From NCBI GenBank assembly GCA_947453195.1, contig CANGFO010000004.1:69672-133671 (forward strand): DNA of 64,000 bases, given 5' to 3'. The notes beneath the pieces were generated by a model. It saw nothing but the letters and a program-made list of their open reading frames with translations, was not told where the DNA came from and made no database searches. A program made the translations under genes and the position numbers. How positions within the stretch are numbered: the first letter of the stretch is position 1; every line of letters begins with the position of its first letter. Positions 49,706 to 59,245 of the stretch are shown here, piece after piece. Source of the DNA: Flavobacteriaceae bacterium. GTDB lineage: Bacteria > Bacteroidota > Bacteroidia > Flavobacteriales > Flavobacteriaceae.

Positions 49706-51094
49706 TTATTGTTTTTTAGCAATTTGCGCCATCAATTCGGCTTCAGCAACTAACTTTCCATTTGCATAGGCGTTGGCTTGCATGTGGCAAATCCCTCTTC
49801 TTATTGGAGTAATTAACTCGCATTTAAAGATTAAGGTGTCACCAGGCAATACTTTATGCTTGAACTTCACATTATCAATTTTCATGAAATAGGTTAGGTA
49901 ATTTTCTGGATCTGGAACTGTACTTAATACTAATATCCCTCCCGATTGCGCCATAGCTTCAACAATTAAAACGCCTGGCATAACTGGTGCGTCAGGAAAA
50001 TGTCCCACAAAGAAATTTTCATTCATGGTTACATTTTTCATACCAACCACATGCGTAGCAGACATTTCAATGATTCGATCTATTAATAAAAATGGAGGTC
50101 TGTGTGGAAGAATATTCATAATTTGATGAATATCCATTAATGGAGGTAGGTTTAAGTCAAATACCGGTACTTGGTTTTTTTGCTCAATTTTAATCAGTTT
50201 AGCCATTTTTTTTGCAAATTGAGTATTTACAAAATGACCTGGTTTATTGGCAATAACTTTACCTTTAATTCGCATACCAATTAAAGCCAAATCACCAATT
50301 ACATCAAGTAATTTATGACGTGCAGCTTCATTTGGGTAATGCAAAGTAAGATTATCCAGAATTCCGTTTTCTTTAACTGCAATTTGGTCTTTTCCAAAAG
50401 CCTTTTTAAGACTTTCCATTGTTTGTGCAGAAATTTCTTTATCTACATAAACGATAGCGTTATTTAAATCACCTCCTTTTATCAAACCGTCATTAAGCAA
50501 GTTTTCTAATTCATGTAAAAAACTAAAAGTTCTCGCATCAGAAATTTCCGATTTAAAGTCGGCTATATTTTTAAGTGTTGCATTTTGAGTTCCTAATACT
50601 TTGGTACCAAAATCGACCATGGTTGTTACTTGATACTCATCAGAAGGCATTATAATAATCTCACTTCCGGTAGTTTCATCAACGAATGAAATTACTTCTT
50701 TTACAACATAATATTTACGTTCTGCATCTTGCTCCACAACACCAACTTTTTCGATTGCTTCAACAAAATATTTTGAAGAACCATCCATAATTGGTGGCTC
50801 AGATTCATTCAATTCAATAATAACATTATCAACATCAAGTCCAACAAAAGCGGCTAATACATGTTCTGAAGTTTGAATTTTTACTCCAAGTTTTTCCAAA
50901 TTAGTTCCGCGTTGCGTATTTACAACATAATTTGCATCGGCTTCAATAACTGGACTTCCTTCCAAATCAACTCTTACAAAAGTGAATCCATTATCTATAG
51001 GGGCAGGCTTAAAAGTCATTTTAACTTCTTTTCCTGTATGTAATCCGACACCTGTAAGTGAAATTTCACTTTGAATGGTTTTTTGCTTTACCAT
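49706..51094 (-). CDS. lpxC: Bifunctional LpxC/FabZ
   Basis: GVGLHTG, TSEHVLA and ARHKLLD (LpxC); LPHRPPFLLID and GHFPDAPVMPG (FabZ). Confidence 0.96.
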   Translation of the reverse strand: MVKQKTIQSEISLTGVGLHTGKEVKMTFKPAPIDNGFTFVRVDLEGSPVIEADANYVVNTQRGTNLEKLGVKIQTSEHVLAAFVGLDVDNVIIELNESEPPIMDGSSKYFVEAIEKVGVVEQDAERKYYVVKEVISFVDETTGSEIIIMPSDEYQVTTMVDFGTKVLGTQNATLKNIADFKSEISDARTFSFLHELENLLNDGLIKGGDLNNAIVYVDKEISAQTMESLKKAFGKDQIAVKENGILDNLTLHYPNEAARHKLLDVIGDLALIGMRIKGKVIANKPGHFVNTQFAKKMAKLIKIEQKNQVPVFDLNLPPLMDIHQIMNILPHRPPFLLIDRIIEMSATHVVGMKNVTMNENFFVGHFPDAPVMPGVLIVEAMAQSGGILVLSTVPDPENYLTYFMKIDNVKFKHKVLPGDTLIFKCELITPIRRGICHMQANAYANGKLVAEAELMAQIAKKQ

Positions 51095-51118
51095 AATTTA
51101 ATTCTGTTTGTATAAATA

Positions 51119-52138
51119 TTATTCTAATTTCTTTTTTAAGGCATCCAATTCAGATACGATTTTTGGTAAATTTCTGAAATGAACATACGATTTACTAAAT
51201 TCACCATAAGTAAAAGCAGGTGATCCTTGAACTACTTCCCCATCTTTCAATGATTTTCCAATTCCGGATTGTGCTTGAATTCTTACATTATCTCCAATCG
51301 TAATATGTCCGGCAACTCCAACCTGACCACCAATCATACAGTTTTTTCCGATTTTAGTAGAACCTGCAATTCCGGTTTGAGCAGCTATAACGGTGTTTTC
51401 ACCAATTTCAACATTATGTGCAATTTGAATCTGGTTATCCAACTTCACTCCTTTTCTAATAATTGTCGAACCCATTGTTGCTCTATCGATAGTGGTGCAC
51501 GCACCAATCTCCACATCGTCTTCTAATATTACATTTCCAATTTGTGGGATTTTACTGTAAGTCCCATCTTCATGGGGCGCAAAGCCAAACCCATCAGAAG
51601 CGACAATAACACCAGAATGTATAACGCAGTTATTTCCAATTTCGGTTTCAGAATAAACTCTAACACCCGCAAAAAACACACAATTATCTCCAATTACTAC
51701 ATTGTCTCCAATAAAAGTATTTGGATATATTTTTACATTATTTCCAATTTTTACATTCTTCCCAACATAACAAAAACTACCTAAATACAAATCATCACCA
51801 TAAGTAACACCTTCGGAAATTACAGAAGGTTGTTCAATACCGGATTTCATTAATTTAACTTGATTGTAATATTCTAAAAGTTTGGAAAAAGCTTGATAGG
51901 GATCATCTACTTTTATTAAAGTAGTGGTAATTTGATTTTCTGGTTCGAAATTTTTGTTGACAATGGTAACCGTTGCCTGAGTGGTGTAAATATAATTTTG
52001 ATATTTTGGATTGGACAAAAATGTTAGCGATCCTGGAATCCCTTCTTCAATTTTAGCCAACTTGCTCACTTCAGCATTAGGATTACCTACTACTTCGCCG
52101 TTTAAAATACCCGCAATTTGTTCTGCTGTGAATTTCAT
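51119..52138 (-). CDS. lpxD: UDP-3-O-acylglucosamine N-acyltransferase
   Basis: FLSNPKY, DGFGFAP, KIPQIGNV, IDRATMG and KLDNQIQIAHN; TATTTTTG promoter element at 52187-52194. Confidence 0.96.
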   Translation of the reverse strand: MKFTAEQIAGILNGEVVGNPNAEVSKLAKIEEGIPGSLTFLSNPKYQNYIYTTQATVTIVNKNFEPENQITTTLIKVDDPYQAFSKLLEYYNQVKLMKSGIEQPSVISEGVTYGDDLYLGSFCYVGKNVKIGNNVKIYPNTFIGDNVVIGDNCVFFAGVRVYSETEIGNNCVIHSGVIVASDGFGFAPHEDGTYSKIPQIGNVILEDDVEIGACTTIDRATMGSTIIRKGVKLDNQIQIAHNVEIGENTVIAAQTGIAGSTKIGKNCMIGGQVGVAGHITIGDNVRIQAQSGIGKSLKDGEVVQGSPAFTYGEFSKSYVHFRNLPKIVSELDALKKKLE

Positions 52139-52212
52139 TTATTCAAAATTATACCCCAACTAATTTAAGTGGAATAAGAATAGTTGCAAAAATATGAAAA
52201 TTAATTTAAACA

Positions 52213-53448
52213 CTAGATATCTAAGAGTACTTTTGGGAAACAGATGTAATATTTTGTAACCGATTTAGAAAGTGCTTTTACCTGTAATTGATCTGAAGAA
52301 TCTACTAGATTTTCAATTTCACCGTCTTTTTTCAATATGCTTATAGGTTCGCTTTCTTTATTATAGGCCTGATTTTTCAGTTTTCCTTTAAAAACAAAAT
52401 AATTAGCCTCTTTATCTGATAAAGAATACAAGTTCATTATTTTGTTTTTATACTGCGCTAATTGTTCTGTATCTACTTTTTCATCCAAAACAATTATTTT
52501 CAATAAATCTCTATTGATAATCATTTTACTAAGCGAACTTAGAACAAAATCAGCATGAAATTGCCAAGATTTTATCGCTCCAAGTACATCATAATCATCT
52601 AATTGCGAAAAGGTAATTAGTTCATCCAAATTAAATGTATCTGTTGTAATCTTATTATTCAGAAAAAAAGATAGTGATTTGCTACATTCCAATTGCTCCC
52701 CTTTTTGAGTCAATTCTTTGGCTCTTTTAAGTATTTTGGTCAACGTAATTTCGGCCACAACCGATGTTTTGTGCAAATAGGCTTGCCAATACATTAAACG
52801 TCTGGCAACCAAAAATTTCTCTACCGAATAAATTCCTTTTTCTTCAATAACAAGCACATCTTCTTTTACATTCATCATTTGAATCAATCGATCGCTGTTG
52901 ATGTTTCCTTCGGCTACGCCACTATAAAAACTGTCGCGTTTTAAATAATCCATTCGATCCATATCTAATTGACTTGAAATCAACTGAAGCATAAATTTAC
53001 GGTGGTATTCGCCTTTAAAAATTTGAATGGCTAAATCTAATTTCCTTTCAAATTCTTCATTTAAGGCATTCATGAATTTAAGTGAAATTTCTTCGTGATG
53101 CACTTCTTCTACAATACTGTGCTCCATGGCATGACTAAAAGGTCCGTGGCCTATATCATGAAGCAATATGGCAATATACAAAGCGTTTTCTTCTTCGTTA
53201 GATATAGCTACTCCTTTAAATCTTAGGGTTTGAACTGCTTTTTGCATAATATGCATACAGCCCAAAGCATGATGAAACCTCGTGTGGTGCGCACCCGGGT
53301 ATACCAAGTAAGACAATCCCATTTGAGAAATTCTTCTTAAACGCTGAAAATAGGGATGCTGAATTAAATCGTAAATTAAGGAATTGGGTATGGTTATAAA
53401 CCCATAAATGGGATCATTGAAAATTTTGAGTTTATTGGTTGCAATCAC
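52213..53448 (-). CDS. HD-domain phosphohydrolase (SAMHD1/dNTPase-like)
   Basis: FQRLRRISQMG, HTRFHH, LHDIGHGPFSH and DMDRMDY; GTG start; TACATTTG at 53475-53482. Confidence 0.9.
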   Translation of the reverse strand: MIATNKLKIFNDPIYGFITIPNSLIYDLIQHPYFQRLRRISQMGLSYLVYPGAHHTRFHHALGCMHIMQKAVQTLRFKGVAISNEEENALYIAILLHDIGHGPFSHAMEHSIVEEVHHEEISLKFMNALNEEFERKLDLAIQIFKGEYHRKFMLQLISSQLDMDRMDYLKRDSFYSGVAEGNINSDRLIQMMNVKEDVLVIEEKGIYSVEKFLVARRLMYWQAYLHKTSVVAEITLTKILKRAKELTQKGEQLECSKSLSFFLNNKITTDTFNLDELITFSQLDDYDVLGAIKSWQFHADFVLSSLSKMIINRDLLKIIVLDEKVDTEQLAQYKNKIMNLYSLSDKEANYFVFKGKLKNQAYNKESEPISILKKDGEIENLVDSSDQLQVKALSKSVTKYYICFPKVLLDI

Positions 53449-53713
53449 AATAGAATCGATTATTTTTTATAATACAAATGTACTATTTTTTTAGTTTCCT
53501 AAAACGAAAATACAACCTGCAGCCTAAGTGCCAATCGTGTTTCTTTTAATTCTATTACTATCTGCATAAATAATTAGGAAAAACTGAAAAAGTAACTCAA
53601 AAGAAGCATTAAAATTATCACATTCATAAATCGACTTTATTTATATAAAAATTATAATTTGTTACGATTATTTTGCTGAAGCAATTAATAAATTTGCCGA
53701 AATATTCAACATT

Positions 53714-55036
53714 ATGAAAGTAGGAATTGACAGCATTTCAATAGATCTCCCAAGAATACATTTACCCATTCAAACCCTAGCAATAAATCGAAATATCGAG
53801 CCTGATAAACTAATCAAAGGATTGGGATTGCAAAAAATGAGCTTTCCAGATGTTCATAATGATGTGGTGACTTTTGCCACCAATGCAGTGTTTAAACTAC
53901 TTCAGCAAGAGCAAATTAACCCGCAAGAAATTGCTAGAATATATGTAGGTACCGAAAGTTCGGTAGATTCATCAAAACCAATTGCTTCCTATATTACAGC
54001 ACTTTTAGAGCAGCATTATGGCTTAGGAACTTTTAGAAAATGCGATACACTCGATATGACTTTTGCTTGTATTGGCGCCGTAGATGCCCTACAAACTACA
54101 TTAGATTTCATTCGATTAAATCCAACTAAAAAAGCAATTGTTGTAGCGACTGACAATGCCAAATACGATTTAAATTCTACTGGAGAATACACCCAAGGAG
54201 CCGGAGCAATTGCCATGCTAATTACTTCCAATCCAAAATTGTTGTCCTTTTCTAATGAAGTAGGTGTTTCTGCCGATGGCGTTTTTGACTTCTTTAAACC
54301 AAGACGTAGTTTTTCTAAAAATGAAATCCTAAATACAACCGATAATCCAGAATGGTTTGGAATACTTGAAAACGAAGTTTCTATCTACAAAGAACAACCC
54401 GTTTTTGATGGACACTATTCAAACGAATGCTACATTAACAGAACGAGTGAAGCCTATTTTAGCTACAAAGAATTAACCAATCAATCGGAATCCATTTATA
54501 AGAATTGGGAAAATGTATTGATGCACCTTCCCTATTGTTTTCAGGCGCGTAGAACTTTTGTAGACATTTATGCCAAAGAAAACCAACTCACCGAAGAAAA
54601 CAAAGTCATTGCCAAAAGTGAGGATTATATAGATTTTGTATCCAAAGCAATATTTCCATCCGAAATTGCATCTGGGCAAATAGGTAATATGTACACGGGA
54701 TCTATCTTTTTAGGGCTACTATCAACTTTAGAATATCATTTACAAAATGATAACGATATTGTTTCAAAAAAAATGGGGTTCATAGCATACGGAAGTGGAT
54801 CTAAAGCCAAAGTTTTTGAAGCAGAAGTGCAACCTGATTGGAAAAATGTTGTATCTAAAGTTGGATTATTTGATTTATTAAACAACAGTACCGAAATTGA
54901 TTTTGGAACCTACATTTCCTTGCACAAAAAAGAACGAAACCAATCGGTTTTAACCCCTAAAAATGAGTTTGTTTTGGATTATATTGAAAAAGAAAATCCG
55001 GTTTTAATTGGCGCTAGGTATTATAAATTGGTTTAA
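53714..55036 (+). CDS. mvaS: Hydroxymethylglutaryl-CoA synthase (mevalonate pathway)
   Basis: GTES (catalytic Glu), FACIGA (Cys), TQGAGA, MHLPY (His), GNMYTGS and YGSG; TAAATTTG at 53689-53696. Confidence 0.92.
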   Translation: MKVGIDSISIDLPRIHLPIQTLAINRNIEPDKLIKGLGLQKMSFPDVHNDVVTFATNAVFKLLQQEQINPQEIARIYVGTESSVDSSKPIASYITALLEQHYGLGTFRKCDTLDMTFACIGAVDALQTTLDFIRLNPTKKAIVVATDNAKYDLNSTGEYTQGAGAIAMLITSNPKLLSFSNEVGVSADGVFDFFKPRRSFSKNEILNTTDNPEWFGILENEVSIYKEQPVFDGHYSNECYINRTSEAYFSYKELTNQSESIYKNWENVLMHLPYCFQARRTFVDIYAKENQLTEENKVIAKSEDYIDFVSKAIFPSEIASGQIGNMYTGSIFLGLLSTLEYHLQNDNDIVSKKMGFIAYGSGSKAKVFEAEVQPDWKNVVSKVGLFDLLNNSTEIDFGTYISLHKKERNQSVLTPKNEFVLDYIEKENPVLIGARYYKLV

Positions 55037-55956
55037 TTCTTGCCCATTAAAAATTCCATTGGAATAGCAAAACGACTTTTCCATGCTTTTTCGCTATGAT
55101 CATCTCCTTCAAATTTTTTGGTCATCCAACTCGTACTGGTATAATCTTTAGATTTCATAATTTCATCTACTTGAGGTTGAAGTGTTTCGTACATCTCATC
55201 TAAAGTAGCAGTTCCATAATCAAAATAGATTTTGTGGTCTTTTGGATTAGGTAAATTCAATTTCAAATAGTTAAAAAAAGCATCCGGAATAGGGTTTCCT
55301 TTGATACCGAAAATTCCAGGCCAATGGGTTGATAAACAAGCCGCTCCACCAAAAACAATAGGATATTCGCAAATAGCATACATCGAAATCAACCCACCCA
55401 TACTGCTGCCCGCAACAAAAGTGTGCGCTTTATCCGTGTAAACTGAGTATTTTTTATCAATTAATGGTTTCACTTCTTGAACAATAAATTTCAAGTAATT
55501 GTCTGAATTTATTTTTCCGTTATTAAAAATACTTTGTCCATTGCTTCTGTTGGCTTTATAAATTGAATCTTGCTGAAAGGTTGTTAAACTTTCAAAGGGC
55601 TTTTGTGGAAAATAATCTATATGTCGTGTACTATCACCGTTAAACATTCCTACCACAATTACATCTTGAATTTTTGATTCTTGCATTAATTTTCCTAGCA
55701 CATCATCTACGTCCCAAGCTTGTTTATTCCATGTGGTTTCTGGATCATAAAGCATCTGCCCATCGTGCATATATAAAACCGAGTACTTTTTTTCAGCCGA
55801 ATAATTTTCAGGCAACCAAATATCTATATTGCGTTTGGTTACAAATTGAGATTTAAAGTTATCAATACGTTCAATAGTTCCACTCGCAACCTTTGGCAAA
55901 GTTTGACCTATTACCGAAGTTGCAATAAGCAAAAAGAATATATTTTTTATTTTCAT
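55033..55956 (-). CDS. Secreted alpha/beta-hydrolase (putative esterase family)
   Basis: LYMHDGQ, GSSMGG and DHSEKAW; signal peptide. Confidence 0.9.
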   Translation of the reverse strand: MKIKNIFFLLIATSVIGQTLPKVASGTIERIDNFKSQFVTKRNIDIWLPENYSAEKKYSVLYMHDGQMLYDPETTWNKQAWDVDDVLGKLMQESKIQDVIVVGMFNGDSTRHIDYFPQKPFESLTTFQQDSIYKANRSNGQSIFNNGKINSDNYLKFIVQEVKPLIDKKYSVYTDKAHTFVAGSSMGGLISMYAICEYPIVFGGAACLSTHWPGIFGIKGNPIPDAFFNYLKLNLPNPKDHKIYFDYGTATLDEMYETLQPQVDEIMKSKDYTSTSWMTKKFEGDDHSEKAWKSRFAIPMEFLMGKN

Positions 55957-56102
55957 GATAGATAAACTAATTAGAAATCAAATTTAACAAAAAACCTAAC
56001 TTATTTAAAAATAAATCGCTATATTTAAAAAAGAAATCCCACTTCTATTTCAGCCTGCATTCTAATGGAAATACAATTAGTAAATCTGTTAAAGAGTAAC
56101 AA

Positions 56103-56876
56103 ATGCAAAAAAAGTACTTTAAATTTTTAGTTTTAATCGCGTTAATAGTATTGGTATATGCGATTGGAAATTATTTCCCTATAGAAATCTTAAAACCCGA
56201 TTATCCCGAAACTGATGTTTTAAATAAATCGGAATACTAGCGATTTATTGTTTCGATTATATCTGCCTTCATTACATTTTGTGCCGTATTAGTAGCCTTA
56301 TTTAAAGATGATTTAAGAGAGTATTGGAAAAGACAACGATTAATATTAAGCGAACCCACCCAAATAACCATTGAAGATTTAAATGATTATGAAACCGAAT
56401 CTACTAATAGAGCTTTAATTGCCAACAGATACATTTCGAGAATTGAAATAAAAAATAGTGGTAACATCCCTTCAATTAACACCGAACTGTTTCTAGAAAA
56501 ATTAGAATTTAAAGCAAAAGAATCAACAATAATCCAGCAAATTGAATGTTATGGAAAGCCACTTCAGTGGAACGGATCGGAATCAACTGCCATGGTGTTG
56601 CCAGTTGGTGCTAAGAAATTAATTGATATTGTAAATATTACGGTACCTGAAAAAATTTCAAAACCCGATTCTCAAATTGAAAAAAATCCATCCAAAATAA
56701 TAATTGGAGGTATTCCAAATCATAAAGAAAAAAATAAAGGAACATGGTACGCCACCTTTGGATTGTATTCTCAAAATCACAGTTTGGTTTCCTTTAAAGT
56801 TGAAATTGAATGGACTGGGGTCTGGACCTCAAGATTAACCGAATTCAAATCCCAATATCAAATAAAAATAGTTTAA
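56103..56876 (+). pseudogene. 257-codon 2-TM membrane protein gene interrupted by one in-frame TAG (56238-56240); the ORF track shows only its last 94 aa
   Basis: The ATG at 56103 and the listed ORF at 56592 share a frame. The reading MQKKYFKFLVLIALIVLVYAIG..KSEY*RFIVSIISAFITFCAVLVALFKDD..AMVLPVG.. has only this stop. Confidence 0.8.
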
Positions 56877-56877
56877 A

Positions 56878-57147
56878 ATGAAAAAGGTATATTTAATTCA
56901 ATATCATTCTGTAGATAACCAACTATTTGAAAACAAGGTAAAATCGTTAGGCGAATGGGTAAAATATTTTTCTGATAATTGGATTGTTTCAAGCGAATTG
57001 AGTGCACAAGAAATTTACGATAAAATAACTGAAGGCTTTGAAAACAAAAGCATTATCATTATAGAAATGAGCACCGAAAATTACTATGGTCGAATGGATC
57101 CGAAAATTTGGAACTTCTTAAAAATGAATAAAAAGAAAAAACTTTAA
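56878..57147 (+). CDS. Small alpha/beta protein resembling Cas2/VapD-like ferredoxin-fold families
   Basis: YLIQY..KVKSLGEWVKYFSDNWIVSSELSAQEIYDKI..IIIIEM pattern; starts 1 nt after the upstream stop. Confidence 0.55.
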   Translation: MKKVYLIQYHSVDNQLFENKVKSLGEWVKYFSDNWIVSSELSAQEIYDKITEGFENKSIIIIEMSTENYYGRMDPKIWNFLKMNKKKKL

Positions 57148-57839
57148 TTGCAGTTCCATTTAAAATTAGATAATTTATCCTTGGTACTTTCTGATAAATT
57201 ATAATGCCACCACTCCGAACTAAAGGCTTTGAAGTTGTGTTTGAGCATCACCTCTTTTAAATAGGCTCTGTTTTTGAGAATCTTTTTAGATAATCCCTGG
57301 AAATTGTGCCCTGCCTCAGGACCAAAAAAATCAAAAGGTGTTCCCATATCTACTTCTTTTCCGTTGGCCGTTACTAGAGTAAGATCTACAGCACCGCCTC
57401 TATTATGTACTGAACCTTTTTTAGGATCGGCAACATAATCGGCATTGGGAACCAATTCAAACATTTTCTTTTGAATATCCAACGGACGGTAGCAATCAAA
57501 TAACTTAATACGGTAACCTTTCTCCATGAATTCGGCATTGGCCTCCTTTAAAAATTTTATCGTTTTCAATCTCAAATAACAATCGGCGCAATCGTAGACT
57601 TTATGTTTTAAGAAATTATCGTTAGTGGCGTATTTCATATCCAAAACAAAATCAGATCCAAAATCGGTGAGTTTTACAAAAGTAGTATCGCTTATACCTT
57701 CATACATCGCAATAGAATTCCCTTTGATGTAGTTGTTTTTCAAAACCCTACTCGATTTATAGTTGGCCGATTCTGTGGGTTTACACCCCACAAACGCCAA
57801 TAATAAAAAAGAAAAAAGAAAAATATTCTTAAAACACAT
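57144..57839 (-). CDS. D-Ala-D-Ala dipeptidase (M15/VanX-DdpX family) lipoprotein
   Basis: DMKYAT, FDCYRP, SVHNRGGAVD and EWWH; lipobox FVGC from ATG 57839. The TTG at 57863 falls inside TATATTTG (57861-57868). Confidence 0.9.
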   Translation of the reverse strand: MCFKNIFLFSFLLLAFVGCKPTESANYKSSRVLKNNYIKGNSIAMYEGISDTTFVKLTDFGSDFVLDMKYATNDNFLKHKVYDCADCYLRLKTIKFLKEANAEFMEKGYRIKLFDCYRPLDIQKKMFELVPNADYVADPKKGSVHNRGGAVDLTLVTANGKEVDMGTPFDFFGPEAGHNFQGLSKKILKNRAYLKEVMLKHNFKAFSSEWWHYNLSESTKDKLSNFKWNCN

Positions 57840-57891
57840 GAATTGTAAATAATAGAAATTCAAATATAATAATTCGTAAACTATTATTAAT

Positions 57892-57924
57892 AAAAAAAGA
57901 ACCGCAAATTAATTGCGGTTCTTT
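57892..57924 (-). terminator. Rho-independent terminator
   Basis: aaagaaccgcaa-atta-attgcggttcttt, with a T7 tail on the minus strand. Confidence 0.8.
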
Positions 57925-57955
57925 ATAATTATTGTTATTAACTTTAAAAAGAAGA

Positions 57956-58408
57956 TTATCGAATAAACTTTTTAATATAAACATCATTAGCAGCCGGGTA
58001 ATTAAGTGTTTTTAATTGCAACTCAGTTGAACTAATTAATGTTATTTGACTTGTAACATTATAGTTAGCTAATAAAGTGTTAGATGGACTATAGGCGTTA
58101 GCATTAATATTTACAGTAGTAGATGATGGAAGTGTATATGTGCCTGTAGAATAACCTGCTAAAGTAGAAAAGTTTGTATCAGAATATGACTGAGTACTAA
58201 AACTACCGTCAGCGTTAAAATAATTTAACTCACTCTTAACCGTATTTGTCCCACCAAATTTTTCAACTCCATTTAATACTGCAGATGTAGTTTTCCATAA
58301 ACCTTGAATACTATAAGAAGGTGTTGGAGTTGAAGTAGTTCCTGAATCTTTTGAACAGGAAAAAAATAAAAATGGAATTAATAACAAAAAATAATTTAAT
58401 TTTTTCAT
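57956..58408 (-). CDS. Lipocalin-like lipoprotein
   Basis: Lipobox FFSC; IQGLWK lipocalin-like motif; beta-strand pattern. Confidence 0.7.
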   Translation of the reverse strand: MKKLNYFLLLIPFLFFSCSKDSGTTSTPTPSYSIQGLWKTTSAVLNGVEKFGGTNTVKSELNYFNADGSFSTQSYSDTNFSTLAGYSTGTYTLPSSTTVNINANAYSPSNTLLANYNVTSQITLISSTELQLKTLNYPAANDVYIKKFIR

Positions 58409-58464
58409 AAAATAACTTATTGAATTATTGCTTACTCTAAATAGTTTTCAGCTACCCTAAATTT

Positions 58465-59061
58465 TTAAAAATTATATCTTAATCCAGCTCCCATAACGAA
58501 AGAACTAATATTGTTGTTAGAAGTTACTTTATAAGTAGTTCCACCATATTGAAGCTCATCCCATTTTCCAGTTGTATAATCTAAATTTAAAGACAATTTA
58601 AATCCTTTGGTTACTCCAAAATTTAAAGAACTACCAAATACAAAACCAGAACCTTTCAATGTAGCATCATCATATCCAATACCTGTTTCTTTTCCAACAA
58701 TACTAAATGCATATTGCGGTTTAAAATCAAGGGATAATTTATCACTTAAATTCGCTGTATACATAGGTCCTACTGAAAATACTGCTACTCCAAGAGCACC
58801 TTTATTTTTGTATGCAAACCCAGAAGAAGTTAAATTTAAAGTTGCACCCCATTCTTTTGTAAATCGATATCCAAAATTTATAAATCCTAAATTAATTCCA
58901 GAATTTAAATTATCAGATCCATATCCACCTGGTACAGCATAACCTATGGAAACTCCTAAATATGCTTTTGATTCTTTTACTTTAGAATCTTTTACTAAAT
59001 CTTGCGCTTTTATTGTGCAAGATGCTAATAATACAATGATTAATAAAAAACTTTTTTTCAT
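58465..59061 (-). CDS. Small outer-membrane beta-barrel protein
   Basis: Signal peptide; alternating beta strands; terminal AGLRYNF. Confidence 0.85.
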   Translation of the reverse strand: MKKSFLLIIVLLASCTIKAQDLVKDSKVKESKAYLGVSIGYAVPGGYGSDNLNSGINLGFINFGYRFTKEWGATLNLTSSGFAYKNKGALGVAVFSVGPMYTANLSDKLSLDFKPQYAFSIVGKETGIGYDDATLKGSGFVFGSSLNFGVTKGFKLSLNLDYTTGKWDELQYGGTTYKVTSNNNISSFVMGAGLRYNF

Positions 59062-59168
59062 TTTTTTGGTTTTAATTTTTGCCTACTCTATACAGTTTTC
59101 AGCTTCCCTGAGTTTTATTTATATAATTATTTAACAGTAATTTTCTCATTAATTTTAAATTTTATTTA

Positions 59169-59201
59169 CAAAAATAATAAATAATTCGACTTATAAGTCG
59201 A
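59169..59201. promoter_or_regulatory. -7 element (minus strand) with an adjacent perfect 16-bp palindromic operator candidate
   Basis: TATTTTTG on the minus strand at 59169-59176; TCGACTTATAAGTCGA at 59186-59201. Confidence 0.6.
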
Positions 59202-59245
59202 GTAAAAGAAAGTTTTTTAGATTTTTTCTTTATTTTCTTTGTTAA

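Noticed and set aside
53500-53700. A riboswitch, ncRNA or gene remnant in the HD-mvaS intergenic region
   Set aside because: No recognisable conserved structure or convincing reading frame.
56238-56240. Programmed amber read-through (pyrrolysine or alternative genetic code)
   Set aside because: No pyl genes in the window, and other genes use TAG as a normal stop (e.g. acs at 23908-23910). A nonsense mutation or sequencing error is simpler.
56878-57147. A CRISPR-Cas locus
   Set aside because: No repeat-spacer array, cas1 or effector genes anywhere in the window.
57144-57839. A vancomycin-resistance (van) cluster
   Set aside because: A lone M15 dipeptidase lipoprotein with no vanH/vanA/vanRS; this is an ordinary cell-wall peptidase.
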